Of a stretch of DNA of 36,658 bases, positions 33,077-36,658 are shown piece by piece. The DNA lies in assembly GCA_030591405.1 (NCBI GenBank), contig JAUVBC010000001.1:1-36658 (forward strand), read 5' to 3'. Position 1 is the first letter of the stretch; every line of letters starts with the position of its first letter. The translations under genes and the position numbers were made by a program. This stretch comes from Candidatus Zixiibacteriota bacterium (GTDB taxonomy: Bacteria; Zixibacteria; MSB-5A5; GN15; PGXB01). A model generated the notes under the pieces. That model saw only the letters and a list, made by a program, of their open reading frames with translations, made no database searches and was not told the origin of the DNA.

Positions 33077-33739
33077 TTACAATCTAAAAGATAATCCGGC
33101 GTGGATTTCCAATCTATTCAGATTTATATTTCCATCAGAAAGATAACTTATATCAACGATGTCGCCTTCATAAGAGTAGTAAGTATAACCTACTATTTTG
33201 TCAGTAGAATTAATTGACATAGTATATTTTGCTTCGACATATGTAAAGAGTATAGGTGTTAATGGATATTTAAAACCGCCGTGAATATTTAACCCGAATG
33301 AATTTTCAATTAGACCATAAATATTATTATTATCCATTTTATGATTATAAATTGAATAACTGATCCCAAATCCGATATATGGTTCAAATTTATTTAATGT
33401 AGTTTTAAATAGCGTTGATTCTTCTATAGATAAAATAAAATATTTTATCTCGGCACTGAAAGAACCTGTTACATTGTAGCCATCGCCGCCATATATAAAG
33501 ATATTTCTATTTAAAAAATCACCGCTGACCGTAGTTCTTAATGCCAAGAAGTTTTTAGGTGAAAAATCATAATGGATATTGATTCCTAAACCTTTTTTGA
33601 ATTCATCATTTTGATTTAAATAAGATGCCCCAAAACCTATCTCATGCGTGGCCGCACCGGCAGAACTACTCTGGAATAGAAAGAATATCGCGATTATTAT
33701 AATAAAAGTTGATTTCATAAAAACGCTTTCACAAATCAT
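33077..33739 (-). CDS. small outer-membrane beta-barrel protein (about 210-220 aa)
   Basis: Signal peptide MKSTFIIIIAIFFLFQSSSAGA (likely start ATG 33718). Alternating hydrophobic beta-strand pattern. C-terminal ...HAGLSFRL. Confidence 0.7.
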   Translation of the reverse strand: MICESVFMKSTFIIIIAIFFLFQSSSAGAATHEIGFGASYLNQNDEFKKGLGINIHYDFSPKNFLALRTTVSGDFLNRNIFIYGGDGYNVTGSFSAEIKYFILSIEESTLFKTTLNKFEPYIGFGISYSIYNHKMDNNNIYGLIENSFGLNIHGGFKYPLTPILFTYVEAKYTMSINSTDKIVGYTYYSYEGDIVDISYLSDGNINLNRLEIHAGLSFRL

Positions 33740-33785
33740 ATTTATGTATTTAAATTACTCAAAAAGCCAGAAATGTCAATAGAAT

Positions 33786-33813
33786 AAAAAGGCGGCCGGT
33801 TGGTCGCCTTTTT
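33786..33813 (-). terminator. rho-independent terminator ending the outer-membrane operon (bidirectional geometry)
   Basis: AGGCGGCC (33790..33797) pairs with GGTCGCCT (33802..33809): 8 bp including one G-T, with a GGTT loop. An A5 run lies on one side and a T5 run on the other. Confidence 0.7.
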
Positions 33814-33840
33814 AATTTGTATCAGATAATCAAAAAATTA

Positions 33841-35235
33841 TTAAAATCTATATGCCGCAGTTAAAAATAATCTATTGTATGAGATTTCTTCGTCAACAAT
33901 AAGATTATGAGTTCCGGTTAGAATTGGATTTTCCGGATCAGTTTCATCATACTCACTTGCATATATAAAATCAGAATTTCGTTCGTAGGAACCATGCACA
34001 TAAGCGAGATCAATTGTCATCACCTGATCTATCAATAAACCCAATCCCAAAGTGAAGCCGCTTCGATTCCGATTAATAAAGCTGTCTTTAATCGGAAGCG
34101 GGTCGCGAAAATATCCGGCTCTTGCCGATAATCCAAGTTCGGGGAAAACATATTCGCCACCGAGTCGGACTCTGACAACTTCAATATAATATGATCTTAT
34201 ATTATCATTGAATATTTCCATATTAACATTGTCACTATATTCAAGCTGACTCCAATCGGTGTAATCAAAATCGGCCATCAAGGTCGTATTATTGAATTGA
34301 GCCGAAACACCACCCGATAAAACAAACGGTTTTTTGACTTCATACTCGGTATAATCAGAATATGAAAAAAGGGAATTATTAATTATTTCAAATCCATTGT
34401 ACTCTTCTTCAATATTTAGGGTCAGAGGGGTTTCCACTGCCATCCCGAGAGCAATGGCGTGGTTTATCCGTATCGAAAGACCCATTTTTAAATTATAACC
34501 AAGATATGTATCAACAATAAGATCTTCGGCTTGATACGAAAGGAGATCAAGTGAATCGAGAGCATATTCCCAATTGTAATTATGCTTGCCGGTATAAAGA
34601 TATAAGGCACCGCCAAAAGCAATCTTGGGAGATAAATCAATTCCTATCCCGGCGCCCCATTGTGTCAAAGCACCTGACTGGAATACATTACCAAGAGCAA
34701 TAATATCTCCGGTCGCCGAGGTGTCGATATGATTTAATTTGAAAAGCCGGTCAAAGCTTACACCTCTTGTCATCCCGATACTAACGACCATCGAACCACG
34801 ATAAGTCGGATAGGGGATAGTAATAATAGCTGAATTTATCCGAGTATTTGTTTTAGAGTTTTCCGCAGAATTAAGAGATGGAAGATAACCATCGAAACGG
34901 GGAGAGAGCGTGCTGTCCTGAGGGACTGCTCCGCTATAATCGACTTCTTTTCTGATTGGCCGAACCGATGATTTGTTTGTATACTTTTGATTTGACAATC
35001 CAAAATTAAATTCAATACGAGGAATTCTGGCCAGATTCGCCGGGTTATAAAAGAGTGCGGCACCATCAATCGCCATAATACCGGCTCCCCCCATCGCCAT
35101 CTGGCGGGCGCCATACCCAAAGAAATTCCCGGCAGTTATCTCTTCAACCTGCTCGATATATTCAGCGGAAGAAATACTAGTTACTAAAACAAAACAAAGT
35201 AAAATCTTTATAGTCATTTGAACAGGTTGTTTCAT
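33841..35235 (-). CDS. FadL/PorV-family outer-membrane beta-barrel channel
   Basis: Signal peptide. N-terminal hatch-like motif GARQMAMGGAGIMAIDGAALFYNPANLARI, typical of FadL/TodX/PorV-type barrels. C-terminal LFLTAAYRF (terminal Phe). ATGA overlap with the upstream gene. Confidence 0.7.
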   Translation of the reverse strand: MKQPVQMTIKILLCFVLVTSISSAEYIEQVEEITAGNFFGYGARQMAMGGAGIMAIDGAALFYNPANLARIPRIEFNFGLSNQKYTNKSSVRPIRKEVDYSGAVPQDSTLSPRFDGYLPSLNSAENSKTNTRINSAIITIPYPTYRGSMVVSIGMTRGVSFDRLFKLNHIDTSATGDIIALGNVFQSGALTQWGAGIGIDLSPKIAFGGALYLYTGKHNYNWEYALDSLDLLSYQAEDLIVDTYLGYNLKMGLSIRINHAIALGMAVETPLTLNIEEEYNGFEIINNSLFSYSDYTEYEVKKPFVLSGGVSAQFNNTTLMADFDYTDWSQLEYSDNVNMEIFNDNIRSYYIEVVRVRLGGEYVFPELGLSARAGYFRDPLPIKDSFINRNRSGFTLGLGLLIDQVMTIDLAYVHGSYERNSDFIYASEYDETDPENPILTGTHNLIVDEEISYNRLFLTAAYRF

Positions 35236-35780
35236 CGTGATCTTCCTCCGCCACGCCGTGGTGCCTTTTTATCCTCTTTTTTCTCTTCTTTTTCTTTCGT
35301 ATTATTGGGGTTGTCGGTCGGTTGTTGCTCCTGATCAGATGTTTTAACGGTGGAACCGCTGGCACCTACATCCCCGCCGCCGCTTGAACGACTAATATTG
35401 GTTGTACCAATCGAATAAGGCGGTCTTAAGGTTTCGCGCCGTTCCACTTTTTTCCCGCTCGTTGAACGGAGTGAGGGATTTTCATCATTGCTTTTTTGCG
35501 CATGTTGATTATTGCCGTCATACCAATAGTTATCCCACCACCAGGGGTAAGCATAGTACTGTCCCCAGCGCGGATTGGACCACCAGTAATCGGGATAATT
35601 TCCATAAAAATAACCATACGGGTATTCATGGTATTCAGCGTGACAGCCGAGGCAATCGGCCTGATAATCTTCGGCCGCATAATGAGCTTCAGAATCGGGA
35701 TGCTGGAGGATCGTATAACAGCCGGAAATCATCAGAGTGAGGAATAAAATCGCCAATATCAGTGTGATTATTTTACGCAT
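35232..35780 (-). CDS. W/Y-rich lipoprotein with a single CxxCH motif and a basic low-complexity tail
   Basis: Lipobox LMISGC. CLGCH at nt 35640..35654. YPYGYFYGNYPDYWWSNPRWGQYYAYPWWWDNYWYDG, followed by an S/G/K/E/R-rich tail. Confidence 0.65.
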   Translation of the reverse strand: MRKIITLILAILFLTLMISGCYTILQHPDSEAHYAAEDYQADCLGCHAEYHEYPYGYFYGNYPDYWWSNPRWGQYYAYPWWWDNYWYDGNNQHAQKSNDENPSLRSTSGKKVERRETLRPPYSIGTTNISRSSGGGDVGASGSTVKTSDQEQQPTDNPNNTKEKEEKKEDKKAPRRGGGRSR

Positions 35781-35811
35781 TTATATTATATGCCTCCAAA
35801 ATAGTTTCTTT

Positions 35812-36606
35812 CTAAAAATACTCAACGTAGGTAATACGCAAGCCACGGCCAAATGATGTAACATCCGATTCTTCCCGATTATTCAGAAGATTTTTCAAAA
35901 CCACTTCTAACTCAAGATTCTCGGAGTAAAGCCATTTTATGCCTAAATTTAAATAACCGCGACCCTTACCAAAATCATTCCCACCTTTGTCATCATTTAG
36001 CGCCAAATCATATTCGGCAATGATGGCGACATCGTTATTAAATTGGGTATCGATACCGAAAAAGAAGGATGGTTCGTTATCGCCATCATCATCTTCCATA
36101 GTGAAATTGACTCCGAAATGCCCACCGAGAGATAAATTATACAAGTATAATGACCTCGTCGCAACCGCATAAAAGCCTTTGGATTTGTAAGCGTAACGCT
36201 TCTTTGCGTCATCATAGGAGCCATACCCTTGAGATGTAAAACCGACCGCAATAGCTGGCAGATAATATGCCTCATCAATCAGGCGCAATTTCACATTAAA
36301 TTCGATGTTAGGGTTCCAATTTGCTCCGGTATTGGCGATAATAGCCTCGGCGCCATACGAAATTCCCAGCATAAATCGGCTGGAAAGGCCAATATTAGTT
36401 GCTCCAATAATGCCACCATTAGGAAAGACCCTCAGTGATAAATCAAAGCAACCACGGGGGAGAGTCCAGGCGGTTGGGGCATCAATTAAAGTGCGCGGTT
36501 GAATACCAAAATACGATTCTGTTTCATCTTCCTGACAATAGATTGGGCCAGCGGTTAGCAACAGCAACGAAGCAATAAGAATTATCGATTTAATACCAAA
36601 TCTCAT
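35812..36606 (-). CDS. outer-membrane beta-barrel protein, unknown family (264 aa)
   Basis: GGAGG 5 nt upstream of the ATG. Signal peptide MRFGIKSIILIASLLLLTAG. Amphipathic beta-strand periodicity. C-terminal LRITYVEYF (terminal Phe OMP signature). Confidence 0.7.
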   Translation of the reverse strand: MRFGIKSIILIASLLLLTAGPIYCQEDETESYFGIQPRTLIDAPTAWTLPRGCFDLSLRVFPNGGIIGATNIGLSSRFMLGISYGAEAIIANTGANWNPNIEFNVKLRLIDEAYYLPAIAVGFTSQGYGSYDDAKKRYAYKSKGFYAVATRSLYLYNLSLGGHFGVNFTMEDDDGDNEPSFFFGIDTQFNNDVAIIAEYDLALNDDKGGNDFGKGRGYLNLGIKWLYSENLELEVVLKNLLNNREESDVTSFGRGLRITYVEYF

Positions 36607-36658
36607 TTTATCCTCCTTGATAGTTTTATGCGATAATAATTCTCATAAAAGCTGTAAT

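Noticed and set aside
35177-35747. ORFs on both strands overlapping the W/Y-rich lipoprotein gene (35177..35365, 35402..35740, 35426..35680, 35496..35747).
   Set aside because: The biased composition of the sense gene leaves several frames open. Only the 35232..35780 frame has a lipoprotein signal and start/stop coupling with its neighbour.
1-36658. Search for mobile elements, integrases/transposases, tRNA/rRNA genes, CRISPR arrays or defence-system hallmarks.
   Set aside because: I found no transposase- or integrase-like ORFs, no terminal inverted repeats flanking any block, no GC-rich tRNA-like intergenic segments and no short repeat-spacer arrays. Apart from the giant gene and the outer-membrane cluster, the window looks like core chromosome.

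Overview
AT-rich window from what looks like an uncultivated Gram-negative bacterium. The FCB-group-like affiliation is an inference from a T9SS/FlgD-type C-terminal sorting domain and the gene content. I saw no rRNA, tRNA, CRISPR array or mobile element. Layout: (1) the 3' end of an unknown gene, then an SPFH/band-7 lipoprotein gene. (2) A 648-nt AT-rich leader followed by one giant 12.6-kb gene (2168..14725, 4185 aa). It encodes a Cys-rich, highly repetitive secreted surface protein built as three super-blocks, each a two-module header plus 12, 12 or 4 copies of an exactly phased 84-aa/252-nt Ig/HYR-like repeat. Six further Cys-rich modules, a cohesin-like module, a dockerin-like module and a T9SS-type C-terminal domain follow. 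(3) A tightly overlapping minus-strand housekeeping operon: dtd-maf-rodZ-unknown-smc-ftsY-yjbQ-rlmH. (4) A 1393-aa double BcrA/BadF/HgdC-type activase fusion with no partner enzyme nearby. (5) A thiol-redox-flavoured stretch: trxA, an unannotated small membrane ORF interrupted by an in-frame UGA with a SECIS-like hairpin, a rhomboid protease, an atypical receiver-domain protein and ccdA. (6) A translationally coupled DUF2064/creatininase-family pair. (7) A minus-strand outer-membrane cluster: two tandem 220-codon beta-barrel paralogs, one carrying an in-frame TAA, then an operon of a FadL/PorV-like barrel, a W/Y-rich CxxCH lipoprotein and a 264-aa barrel. Most notable are the giant protein's hierarchical repeat architecture, its covarying cysteine pairs, the cohesin+dockerin+T9SS tail, the candidate selenoprotein ORF and the uncharacterised outer-membrane operon. 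All functional calls come from motif recognition by eye; no searches were run.
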